From positions 476 to 64,475 of the forward strand of contig VENA01000016.1 of assembly GCA_009711785.1 (NCBI GenBank): a stretch of DNA of 64,000 bases, in the 5' to 3' direction. This stretch comes from Bacillota bacterium. Its GTDB lineage: Bacteria; Bacillota; Clostridia; Tissierellales; MES13. The notes beneath the pieces are model-generated. The model saw only the letters and a list, made by a program, of their open reading frames with translations. It ran no database searches and was not told where the DNA came from. Below, piece after piece: positions 1 through 8,586 of the stretch (the stretch's first letter is position 1; the number at the start of each line of letters is the position of its first letter). Made by a program: the position numbers and the translations under genes.

Positions 1-16
1 GATATCAAAATTAATT

Positions 17-283
17 TCACTGGTTTTGCCTCCTTTTTATAGTACTAGAAATAACTATTGAAGCTATAAAACTTATTAATGCATATACTAAAACCACATC
101 TAAAAAGTAAGTTTCTCTTAATATAAAAGAAACTATAGATATTATTACAATTGTTTTAGTTCCTATTACGTTTATAGAAATTAATCTATCTGCTTGACTA
201 GGACCTTTAATGGCTCTGTACATGCATAAAATAATAGTTATTGATAGAAATATTATTGAACCTATTAATACCTTTGTTATCAT
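17..283 (-). CDS. mrpF: Mrp/Mnh-type multisubunit cation:proton antiporter subunit F
   Basis: 88-aa small polytopic membrane protein. The motif YRAIKGPSQADRLISINVIGTK is typical of the MrpF/PhaF family. It directly follows the mrpE-like gene. Confidence 0.8.
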   Translation of the reverse strand: MITKVLIGSIIFLSITIILCMYRAIKGPSQADRLISINVIGTKTIVIISIVSFILRETYFLDVVLVYALISFIASIVISSTIKRRQNQ

Positions 284-286
284 AAA

Positions 287-748
287 CTATCTCTCCATTT
301 TAAGTAATATTTTTTCAAACTTAGAATCTATTACATCTTCTATATATTCCTTTTTTAAACAATGTACCCTTAATTTATTATCCTTTAATGTTACAGTAAG
401 GGTTCCTGGTGTTAATGTTATTGAATTTGCAAGTATTGCTTTATTAATATCTGATTTAAGCTTTGTCTCATATACAATCATCTCTGGTGATATGTCCATT
501 TTAGGACTTAAAACCACTTTAGCTACTAAAAAATTTGCTGTAATTATTTCTTTTATTAATAAAGTTAAATACTTTAACATATTTTTTATCTTTTCAGTAT
601 CAAATTTTTTTAAATTGAAACTAAAGGAATCTTTATTTAATATAAAAACTATAATAGATACAACAAATCCTAAAATAAAGACCTCTAGATTAAGTTTTTC
701 CGCTAAGAATATCCAAAAAACTAGAAATGATAATAAGTATTTTTTCAT
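287..748 (-). CDS. mrpE: Mrp/Mnh-type cation:proton antiporter subunit E
   Basis: MnhE-like membrane protein (N-terminal TM pair, ITLTPGTLTV motif). The ORF track starts at 790, but the ATG at 748 (MKKYLLSF...) has a GGAGG Shine-Dalgarno 8 nt upstream. A sigma-54 promoter occupies 786-801, so I call the shorter start. Confidence 0.75.
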   Translation of the reverse strand: MKKYLLSFLVFWIFLAEKLNLEVFILGFVVSIIVFILNKDSFSFNLKKFDTEKIKNMLKYLTLLIKEIITANFLVAKVVLSPKMDISPEMIVYETKLKSDINKAILANSITLTPGTLTVTLKDNKLRVHCLKKEYIEDVIDSKFEKILLKMER

Positions 749-785
749 AGTCAAACCTCCAAATAAGTATTCACCCATATATAGT

Positions 786-801
786 TGCAATTATTATGCC
801 A
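786..801 (-). promoter_or_regulatory. sigma-54 (RpoN) -24/-12 promoter: TGGCAT-AATAA-TTGCA
   Basis: The minus strand reads TGGCATAATAATTGCA, giving the canonical GG-N10-GC spacing of TGGCAC-N5-TTGCA. It lies about 25-40 nt upstream of the mrpE SD and ATG(748). Confidence 0.7.
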
Positions 802-882
802 TGTTATTTTAAATATATAATTATTTTCTCTTTATTTAGGTTAATCACTGCTCTTTAGAAATATCCCTTTTTTCAAAAAAAT

Positions 883-913
883 AAAAAAGGAATCGAAATT
901 TATTCGATTCCCG
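883..913 (-). terminator. Rho-independent terminator after the sigma-54 activator gene
   Basis: The minus strand reads GGGAATCGAA-taaat-TTCGATTCC followed by TTTTTTATTTTTTT. Confidence 0.7.
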
Positions 914-921
914 TAAATAAA

Positions 922-1000
922 GTTTCATTTTGATACACTTTTTAAAATCATCAGCTTCTGAATGTGTTGCATTTTGATACATGTGTTTCATTTTAGAACA
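922..1000 (-). promoter_or_regulatory. Three direct copies of a 16-nt motif GTT(T/G)CATTTT(G/A)(A/G)(T/A)ACA; candidate upstream activator sites
   Basis: Copies at 922-937, 966-981 and 985-1000. Two sit in a TGT-N13-ACA context. They lie 120-215 bp upstream of the sigma-54 promoter and next to, or overlapping, the 3' end of the activator gene. Confidence 0.4.
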
Positions 1001-2988
1001 TATCTCAAATCATATTTATCTATTTTCCTATATAAAGTACTTCTACCTATTCCTAAAATCTTTGCTGCTAAGGCCATATTACCATCTACCTTTTGTATCG
1101 TTTTTAATATAGAAATCTTTTCTATCTCATCTAAGGATAATAAATCATCTGTAATATTTAAATCCTTTGCATTTGGGTTTGATTTCATATGTTTAGGTAA
1201 ATGTTCATAATTAAGGGATTCATTTTCATTAGCTAAATTTATAACAAGTTGCATTACATTTTGAAGTTCCCTTACATTTCCTGGCCAGTTATAACTCATC
1301 ATACCTCTATAAAAACTTCTATCTATGCCTTTAACTTTTTTACCCATTTTTATTTGAAACTTTTCTAAAAAATAATCTATTAAAATTTTTATATCTTCTT
1401 TTCTTTCATTTAAAGATGGAGTATGAATAGGCATAACATTTAATCTATAAAATAAGTCACTTCTAAAGTTTCCTTTATCAACTTCTTCTTTTATATCCTT
1501 ATGGGTAGCAGCTATTACCCTAACATCTACAGGTATTACATCATGGCCACCTATTCTGACTATTTCCTTTGTCTCTAAAACCCTTAAAAGATTTGATTGG
1601 GTATCAAGGGGCATATCTCCAATTTCATCTAAAAATATGGTCCCTCCATCGGCTAATTCAAATTTTCCGGGATGTCCCCCGCGTTTAGCTCCAGTAAAGG
1701 CACCTTCAACATATCCAAATAATTCACTTGCTACTAACTCTCTAGGTATAGCACCACAATTTAAAAATACAAAGGGTTTTGATTTTCTTTTGCTTTCATT
1801 ATGAATGGCCTGTGCAAACATTTCCTTTCCTGTTCCACTTTCTCCTAATAATAAAACTGTAGTATTGGTTTTAGCAGCCTGAGCTGCTATTTTTTTTGCC
1901 TTGTTTATTTCTATACTTTCTCCTAAAATATCATCAAAATTAAATCTTGCTTCAGCACCTACTATTTTATTAACTAAATTGTGTACAACCTTTGCTTCTC
2001 TAAAGGTAAATACAGCTCCTTCAACATTATCATTACAATTATCTTTAATAGGTGTTATATTTATAATACAAGTAATCTTTCTACCCTTTTTAGTTTTAAA
2101 ATAAACTTCCTCTTCTTCATACTTTTTACCATTTTTTATTACATTCATTATTTTATCACTATGTTCTTTGTGTAGAACACATTTAATATTATTTTCTTGA
2201 ATTTCTTCTTCTTCATAGTTTAATATCCTACAAGCAAATTCATTTATTCCTCTTATAATACCCTTTTTATCAACTGAAACTAATCCTTCTGTTATCGATT
2301 CAACTATGGCATGATAATGCTGATTAGCCATTTTAAGTCTTCTATTCATAAATCCTAATTTCATTTCGTTTTCTATAGCCTCAGCAGACGCATGGACCAT
2401 TCCAAGGGTATGGGGATGAACCTTTTTACAAGGTCCTGACATACTTAAAACACCAATTGTTTTTCCTTTCTTATCCTTAATTGGACAAGCAGAAGTAGTC
2501 CAATCATGGTATTCTTTACAGTAATGTTCTCCTCCTAAAACCTGTATTGGTTTCTTTGTTATTAAAGCTGTACCTATGGCATTTGTTCCGATAATTTCTT
2601 CCCGTACATTACATCCTTTATGCATATTATGGTGTGCTTGATGTTTTATAAGTTTCTTATCACCACTTAATTCTAATACATATCCTTCACTATCTGTAAG
2701 TCTAACTATTAACCCAGTATTTCCTACAATCTTATATAATGTATTCATAAAGGGTTTTGCAGTTGTTAATAAAAAGTTATACTTCCCATATTTTTCTTCT
2801 AATTCTTTCTTAGTTAGTTCTTTACCTTTGTTTGGTTTATAAGGGTCTACCCCTTTTCTTTCACATCTTAACCAGGAATCAGCTATAATATCTCTTAAAA
2901 GCTCTCTTTTTAATATTCCCTCTGATGTATATAACTCCCAAGCTTTAATAAAGCCTTCGTTTTTACTTAAAAGCTTTTTAGCTGGCAT
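988..2988 (-). CDS. sigma-54-dependent transcriptional activator (AcoR-like N-terminal sensor with GAF/PAS, AAA+ domain, C-terminal Fis-type HTH)
   Basis: Walker A GESGTGKE, sigma-54 contact loop GAFTGA, Walker B FLDEIGDM, C-terminal HTH (LGIGRSTLYRKI). The N-terminal ADSWLRCERKGVDP motif is typical of AcoR-family sensors. Confidence 0.9.
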   Translation of the reverse strand: MPAKKLLSKNEGFIKAWELYTSEGILKRELLRDIIADSWLRCERKGVDPYKPNKGKELTKKELEEKYGKYNFLLTTAKPFMNTLYKIVGNTGLIVRLTDSEGYVLELSGDKKLIKHQAHHNMHKGCNVREEIIGTNAIGTALITKKPIQVLGGEHYCKEYHDWTTSACPIKDKKGKTIGVLSMSGPCKKVHPHTLGMVHASAEAIENEMKLGFMNRRLKMANQHYHAIVESITEGLVSVDKKGIIRGINEFACRILNYEEEEIQENNIKCVLHKEHSDKIMNVIKNGKKYEEEEVYFKTKKGRKITCIINITPIKDNCNDNVEGAVFTFREAKVVHNLVNKIVGAEARFNFDDILGESIEINKAKKIAAQAAKTNTTVLLLGESGTGKEMFAQAIHNESKRKSKPFVFLNCGAIPRELVASELFGYVEGAFTGAKRGGHPGKFELADGGTIFLDEIGDMPLDTQSNLLRVLETKEIVRIGGHDVIPVDVRVIAATHKDIKEEVDKGNFRSDLFYRLNVMPIHTPSLNERKEDIKILIDYFLEKFQIKMGKKVKGIDRSFYRGMMSYNWPGNVRELQNVMQLVINLANENESLNYEHLPKHMKSNPNAKDLNITDDLLSLDEIEKISILKTIQKVDGNMALAAKILGIGRSTLYRKIDKYDLRYVLK

Positions 2989-2998
2989 TTATCTCATC

Positions 2999-3772
2999 CT
3001 ATCTTTTTATATTATTTATCATATTCCACATTTCATCAGCAGAACGTATACTTCTTGTATTAATTTGATAAGCCCTTTGTGTTATAAGCATATCTGTCAT
3101 TTCTTTAGCTATATCTACATTTGATTTTTCTAAATATCCTTGTTTAATGGCTGATTTATTATTAGTAATTTTACTCTCATTAATACTAAAATCATTAACT
3201 GAAAAATAATTTCCATTTTCATTTATTAATGAATCACTGTCTGTAACTTTAAATAATGGAATTTCTCCTACTAATTCTTTTTCTCCATCAACTAAAGAAT
3301 ATATTTCACCATTTTCTTTTATTTTTATATTATCATTTAATTTTTCTCTCTGATTTTCAACATAAACTAAATTTCCGTTAGTATCTACTAAGTTCCCTTC
3401 AGTGTTTACACTAAAACTTCCATCCCTAGTAAGAAGGATTTTTCCAGAATTTTTTTCAGTTACACCAAAGAAACCTTCTCCTTTTATGGCTAAATGACTA
3501 CCTTTATAAGACTTTTCTAATATACCTTGGGTATAATCTCTATCCATATTTTTAGTTTTAACTCCAACTCCTGATAATATCCCATCTTCACTAATATTTT
3601 CTGAAAAAGGTGTTCCATTATCATCAAGTGAATCATATACTAAATCCTCAAATTTAACTTCCGCCTTTTTATATCCTGTTGTCTGTACGTTAGATATATT
3701 ATTAGATACAATATCCATTTTTCTTTGAAATGCCTTTAATCCTGATTTTGAAACATTTAAAGCTTTAAACAT
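2999..3772 (-). CDS. flgG: flagellar basal-body rod protein (FlgG family)
   Basis: N-terminal rod motif SNNISNVQTTGYK and C-terminal motif GYLEKSNVD...MLITQRAYQ. Confidence 0.85.
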   Translation of the reverse strand: MFKALNVSKSGLKAFQRKMDIVSNNISNVQTTGYKKAEVKFEDLVYDSLDDNGTPFSENISEDGILSGVGVKTKNMDRDYTQGILEKSYKGSHLAIKGEGFFGVTEKNSGKILLTRDGSFSVNTEGNLVDTNGNLVYVENQREKLNDNIKIKENGEIYSLVDGEKELVGEIPLFKVTDSDSLINENGNYFSVNDFSINESKITNNKSAIKQGYLEKSNVDIAKEMTDMLITQRAYQINTRSIRSADEMWNMINNIKR

Positions 3773-3781
3773 AGTATCCCC

Positions 3782-4540
3782 CTATCGTATTCTTCCCACT
3801 TCATTAACAGCTTTTCCTAAGGTCTCATCTATTGATTGTAGCGTTTTATAATTAGATTCAAAGTTTCTTGTAATCTCTATCATTCTTACCATTTCTTCTA
3901 ATGGATCTATATTAGATTTTTCTAAATACCCTTGTTTAACTTTAGTATCTAAATTAAAAGCCGTGGGATTTTCTTCACTACTATATATATTTTCCCCTCT
4001 TTTTTCAAGTAAAGCTTTATCATTAAAATCTACAATCATAAATCTTCTTTCATTTCCATCTAATTTAAACTCTCCATTTTCATTAACAGATATATCCTTA
4101 TCTTTCACATATATATATCCATCGTCGCCCTTTGATAAGCCTTCAGCTAATACAGGATATCCTTGCTTTGTTGTAAGTCTACCTGAAGAGTCCACTTTAA
4201 AGTTTCCATCTCTAGTATAAAGTAATTCACCATCTCCTTCAATGGTAAAAAATCCATTACCATCTATTGCAAAATCCTTATTCTTATTAGTCTGATTTAA
4301 TAATCCTTGGGTGAAATCTGTATAAACTTCATCTATCTCTGTACCTAACTCTAAAGTACCTATGGTATCTAATCCACCATTTTCTCTATTTTTTACATAC
4401 ATTTCGTTGAAGGATTTATTTATTATTTGTTGTTTTTTATATGAATTAGTATTTAGATTAGCTAAGTTTTCTGAAACATTTTCTTGTTTTCTCTTTTGTA
4501 CAAGCATTCCTGTTGTTGCAGAATAAAGTCCCCTTATCAT
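3782..4540 (-). CDS. flgF: flagellar basal-body rod protein (FlgF/FlgG family)
   Basis: N-terminal MIRGLYSATTGM...LANLNTNSYKK and C-terminal GYLEKSNID...ITRNFE motifs. Confidence 0.8.
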   Translation of the reverse strand: MIRGLYSATTGMLVQKRKQENVSENLANLNTNSYKKQQIINKSFNEMYVKNRENGGLDTIGTLELGTEIDEVYTDFTQGLLNQTNKNKDFAIDGNGFFTIEGDGELLYTRDGNFKVDSSGRLTTKQGYPVLAEGLSKGDDGYIYVKDKDISVNENGEFKLDGNERRFMIVDFNDKALLEKRGENIYSSEENPTAFNLDTKVKQGYLEKSNIDPLEEMVRMIEITRNFESNYKTLQSIDETLGKAVNEVGRIR

Positions 4541-4683
4541 TACTTTTCTCCTCCCTCGTTAAAGGCTTTTATTTCATCGGGATAAACCATACCCATAGCC
4601 CTAGCTTTTTTTTCAAGTTCTAATTTAGTATAATCTTTCTGATAAAAAGGAAGTAATAATAAACAAGCTATTACTAAACCCAT
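4540..4683 (-). CDS. small membrane protein, 47 aa (MGLVIACLLLLPFYQKDYTKLELEKKARAMGMVYPDEIKAFNEGGEK); not in the ORF track
   Basis: ATG at 4683. Its TAA stop overlaps the flgF ATG in a TAATG junction, which suggests translational coupling. One hydrophobic helix. It fills an otherwise unexplained 170-nt gap inside the operon. Confidence 0.4.
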   Translation of the reverse strand: MGLVIACLLLLPFYQKDYTKLELEKKARAMGMVYPDEIKAFNEGGEK

Positions 4684-4709
4684 ACCAAAACCTAAAATGA
4701 ATTTAGAAT

Positions 4710-5144
4710 CTAGTTTAGTGATTTTTTTTCTAATCTTCGTAAAAATAATACTTCCCCCTTTCCCATATTTAACTCCTTAGCTATATCATCTAATGTATAA
4801 TCTTTTTCTTTTAAAGAATTAATCTTTTTTATCAATTTATTAGTATCATCTGATAATTTACTTTCATCACTAGCTTTCTTTTCTTCTTTTATATCCTCTT
4901 TAAAAGTATTATTATCTTTACTTTCTAACTTTTCTATTACATAATCTAATTTATTTTTTATATCATTAAAATCATCATCATAATCTATTTCATTATCTAA
5001 AGAATTATTAAACTCTAAATCCGATACATCCTGATTATTTAAAATTTCATCAAAATCAAGGGTGTCTTCTTTATTACTTAAAATAAATCCATAAATAGTT
5101 ATTATTATTCCAATTACTAAACATAAATATATCATTTTAAACAT
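4710..5144 (-). CDS. single-pass membrane protein with acidic linker and C-terminal HTH-like motif; occupies the swrB position downstream of sigD
   Basis: N-terminal TM (IYLCLVIGIIITIYGFIL), D/E/N-rich middle, C-terminal DIAKELNMGKGEVLFLRRL. The function is called from position only. Confidence 0.45.
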   Translation of the reverse strand: MFKMIYLCLVIGIIITIYGFILSNKEDTLDFDEILNNQDVSDLEFNNSLDNEIDYDDDFNDIKNKLDYVIEKLESKDNNTFKEDIKEEKKASDESKLSDDTNKLIKKINSLKEKDYTLDDIAKELNMGKGEVLFLRRLEKKSLN

Positions 5145-5147
5145 CCT

Positions 5148-5864
5148 TTATAAATTAGTAAGTAATTCCCTTAATTTCATTAATATCTTACCATGTATCT
5201 GGGAAACTCTAGATACCGATACCTCTAAAACATCTCCTATTTCTCTTAGGGTAAGTTCTTCCTGATAATAAAGGTTTAATACTATTTTATCCCTTTTAGA
5301 TAGGTTATCTATAGCATTAATAAGCTTTTCTTTCCTTTCTTCAACTAATAGTGCTTCCTCAGGATTTTTAGAGTCCTTATCATCTATTATATCAAGTAAA
5401 TTAAAATCTGAACTATCTCCACCAAAGATAGTCTCTTCTAAGGATATATTAGATAAATTATGCATTGTTTCATATATCTTATGTAGATCCCTTTGACTTA
5501 TATCCATCTCTTTCATTATCTCTTCATCTTTAGGGTCTCTATCTAATCTTTGTTGTAGTTTTCTTTTTACATCATATAATTTATTTAATTTACTCATCTT
5601 ATCCCTTGATACTCTACCAAACTTTCTTAATTCATCTATTATTGTTCCCTTTATTCTTAATCTTGCATAGGCTTCAAATGGTACTTTTTTACTTTCATCA
5701 AATTTCTCTATAGCATCCATCAAACCTATTACACCAATACTTACTAAGTCTTCTTTTTCCATCTCATGACCATCTTTAAGATCCATTTTATCTGCAATTT
5801 GTTTAACAAGGGGTAAGTATTTAGTTACAGTATCTTCCTTTTGATAGGCATTAGAATATCCCAT
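5148..5864 (-). CDS. fliA: flagellar sigma factor sigma-28 (FliA/SigD)
   Basis: Sigma-70 regions 2-4 are recognisable. Region 4 reads ELTLREIGDVLEVSVSRVSQIHGKILMKLR. It lies at the distal end of the fla operon, as in Bacillus. Confidence 0.9.
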   Translation of the reverse strand: MGYSNAYQKEDTVTKYLPLVKQIADKMDLKDGHEMEKEDLVSIGVIGLMDAIEKFDESKKVPFEAYARLRIKGTIIDELRKFGRVSRDKMSKLNKLYDVKRKLQQRLDRDPKDEEIMKEMDISQRDLHKIYETMHNLSNISLEETIFGGDSSDFNLLDIIDDKDSKNPEEALLVEERKEKLINAIDNLSKRDKIVLNLYYQEELTLREIGDVLEVSVSRVSQIHGKILMKLRELLTNL

Positions 5865-5876
5865 AATATCACCCCT

Positions 5877-6563
5877 TTAAATTAATTTATTCTTTCGCTT
5901 TTCTCTCATTTTAACGAATATAAACTGAATAACCTTCTCTCTTATTCTTTCTGGAATATTTATAAACTTAATACCTGTGTGATAAATTACCTTTTCGTTT
6001 CTTATTAATTTTTTTGTTCTACAAATTTCTCCTTTGATTGCTATTTGTATATTAGAATTTTTAAATCCAACTACAATGTTTTTATCTCTATTTAGCTTAT
6101 CAACAGTACTTACCTTCATACCTCCGCCACTTATATCTACAGAATAAGCCCTAATAAACTCATTTTTGTTTTTATCATTTAACATATAATTATTTAAATC
6201 ATTATAATCTAAATTTATATATTCATCATTCTGACTATAAAATATTTCTTGATTATGTTCTATTCTTACATAATTTCTTCTTTGGATTCTCTTAACTTCA
6301 GTTGGCTTTTTTATTTTATATAAAGGTATATTTTCAACTATTTTATCTAAAACCTTAGTTTTGAAACTATAGGCTTGATTTTCATAATAATAAATACATT
6401 CAATATCTATGTCATTATTAAGTGTAATACGCTTTTTATTATCCCAAGGAATAGTTACTAATAAATAATTTTTACCTTCTCCTTGTATTAAACTTGTAGC
6501 TTTCTTTTCATTTTCTAGTGAAAAATCTATTTTACTATTAGTCTTAAATTTAATCTCATTCAT
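5877..6563 (-). CDS. PilZ-domain c-di-GMP receptor, YcgR/MotI-like flagellar brake
   Basis: PilZ motifs RRNYVR (RxxxR) and DISGGG (D/NxSxxG). The ATG at 6563 is preceded by GGGGGA; the ORF-track TTG start at 6578 is less likely. Confidence 0.8.
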   Translation of the reverse strand: MNEIKFKTNSKIDFSLENEKKATSLIQGEGKNYLLVTIPWDNKKRITLNNDIDIECIYYYENQAYSFKTKVLDKIVENIPLYKIKKPTEVKRIQRRNYVRIEHNQEIFYSQNDEYINLDYNDLNNYMLNDKNKNEFIRAYSVDISGGGMKVSTVDKLNRDKNIVVGFKNSNIQIAIKGEICRTKKLIRNEKVIYHTGIKFINIPERIREKVIQFIFVKMREKRKNKLI

Positions 6564-6578
6564 TGTAAATTCCCCCAA

Positions 6579-7448
6579 TTAACCAAAGACTTTTATTAAT
6601 CTGTTGTAAACTTCCTGTATAGAATTTATCTTTTTTAAAGACTTTTTCCCATTTAAAAGTTTATCTGTAATCGAATAGATACACTTACTTGCAAGACATC
6701 TGGGATATCCTAAAACAAAGGGTTGTTGTTTCATTACAGAATTCATAACCCTAACATCATCTAATATATACCCTAAATTATCTAAATTAATATTTAAAAA
6801 ATTTTTAGCAGTTTTTTTCAATGTATTAAACGTTGATTTAGCCATTTTTTCGTTTGGTACCCTATTTATAATTATTTTTATATCCTTTTTTAAATTATAT
6901 TTAGATATTACCTTCATAACACTATAGGCATCTGTTAATGAAGTTGGCTCTGGAGTTGTTACTATTATAAGTTCCTGTGAGAAAGTAACAAAGGATAATA
7001 AATTTTTTGATATTCCAGCACCTGTATCTATCAAAATAGTATCAATATCCTTAAGTTTTAAAAACTCCTTTGCTAACTCTTCTTGTTTATCAACACTTAA
7101 AGTTGTCATTTCTAAAACCCCTGAACCACCTGGTATAATTTTTATTCCCTTAGGTCCTCTAAGTAAAGCATCATTTAAGTCTATATCTTTAAATAATACA
7201 TCATACAGGGTATATTTAGGTGATACTCCTAATATAACATCAATATTTGCAAGTCCTAAATCCGCATCTATTATAAGTACATTTTTCCCTTTTTTTTGTA
7301 GTGTAATTGCAGTGTTTACAACAACATTTGTCTTTCCTACACCGCCTTTACCGCTTGCTATAGTATATATTTTTATATCTTTATTATCATTATCTTTATT
7401 TACTTTAACTAAGTTTCTAAGTTTCTGAGCTTGATCCATCTTCCACAT
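6579..7448 (-). CDS. flhG: flagellar number/placement regulator FlhG (MinD-type ATPase)
   Basis: Deviant Walker A SGKGGVGKTN, located downstream of flhF. Confidence 0.9.
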   Translation of the reverse strand: MWKMDQAQKLRNLVKVNKDNDNKDIKIYTIASGKGGVGKTNVVVNTAITLQKKGKNVLIIDADLGLANIDVILGVSPKYTLYDVLFKDIDLNDALLRGPKGIKIIPGGSGVLEMTTLSVDKQEELAKEFLKLKDIDTILIDTGAGISKNLLSFVTFSQELIIVTTPEPTSLTDAYSVMKVISKYNLKKDIKIIINRVPNEKMAKSTFNTLKKTAKNFLNINLDNLGYILDDVRVMNSVMKQQPFVLGYPRCLASKCIYSITDKLLNGKKSLKKINSIQEVYNRLIKVFG

Positions 7449-8586
7449 CTCCCCATATATACTTAAAAAGATTCTGCTTATTAGCTATCTCGATGTCATC
7501 GGGGACATTTTGTCCTGTACATATATAACTTATTGGTTTATCTGTATAAGAACTAATATTTAATATATTACCATGGTTTTCAGATTCGTCTAATTTCGTC
7601 AAAATAATATTATTATACCCTATTTTTTTATAATTCTCTATAATAGACGACAAATCCTTCTTATTTGTAGTAATACTTAAAACTAAATAGGTATTTTTCT
7701 CATCTATAGAAGTGAAATAATCATTTACCTCATTTAATTTATCTTTATCTCTATGACTTCTTCCTGTTGAGTCTATTAAAATTTTATCATAGTCTTTAAA
7801 TTTATCTATGGCATTAATAAGCTCATCTTTTGTAACTACAACCTCTAATGGAGTATCTAATATATTAGCATAGGTTTTTAATTGTTCAACTGCTCCTATT
7901 CTATAGGTATCTATAGTAATTAATGCAACATTTTTTTTCTTAGTTAAGGTTTCATTAGCAGCTAATTTTGCTATAGTTGTTGTTTTTCCAACCCCTGTTG
8001 GTCCTATAAATATTTGAATTCTTTCTTCGTTTTCTATATCTGTATTTAAAAATTCAGTTAGATTATCCTTTAAAAATTTATATAAGTTAAGTTTATTTGC
8101 ATCATTAAAATCAATATTACTTTCAGTTAAGTAATTAAAAAATTTTTCTCTTACATTTCTATCTAAATCATAATCATCTAATATATCCTCTATGGGATAT
8201 CTTTTATACTCAACTTTAGTTATCTCTTCAGTTTCTTTTTCTCCACCTTTAAGCTCAGATACTATTTTTTTAAGCTCTTTCATTTCCTTTATAAGGTTTT
8301 TATCATCCGTATTTGTTTTTTCTTTATTTGCATTATTCATTTGATTATTTATTATATCCTTTTTTACATCTATATCATTAACTTTTTTTACATCCTCAGG
8401 TTTTATATTTTCCTCCCCTTCATCAACTGCTGCCGTTACTTCTATCATTTTCTTTTTAAAATATTTAAATATCCCCTTCTGTCTTACAAATCTCTTACTT
8501 ACAATAATAGCATCGTTTCCTAATTCATATCTAATCCGAACCATAGCCTCATTCATATCATTAACTAGGTACTTGCGAATTTTCAT
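7417..8586 (-). CDS. flhF: flagellar biosynthesis SRP-type GTPase FlhF
   Basis: N-terminal MKIRKYLVNDMNEAMVRIRYELGNDAIIVS and G1 motif GPTGVGKTTT. Confidence 0.9.
   Translation of the reverse strand: MKIRKYLVNDMNEAMVRIRYELGNDAIIVSKRFVRQKGIFKYFKKKMIEVTAAVDEGEENIKPEDVKKVNDIDVKKDIINNQMNNANKEKTNTDDKNLIKEMKELKKIVSELKGGEKETEEITKVEYKRYPIEDILDDYDLDRNVREKFFNYLTESNIDFNDANKLNLYKFLKDNLTEFLNTDIENEERIQIFIGPTGVGKTTTIAKLAANETLTKKKNVALITIDTYRIGAVEQLKTYANILDTPLEVVVTKDELINAIDKFKDYDKILIDSTGRSHRDKDKLNEVNDYFTSIDEKNTYLVLSITTNKKDLSSIIENYKKIGYNNIILTKLDESENHGNILNISSYTDKPISYICTGQNVPDDIEIANKQNLFKYIWGDVEDGSSSET

Noticed and set aside
210-812. 200-aa plus-strand ORF
   Set aside because: It is antisense to mrpF/mrpE, which have clear family signatures. 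Its translation is low-complexity I/F/S/N-rich, and it would run through the sigma-54 promoter.
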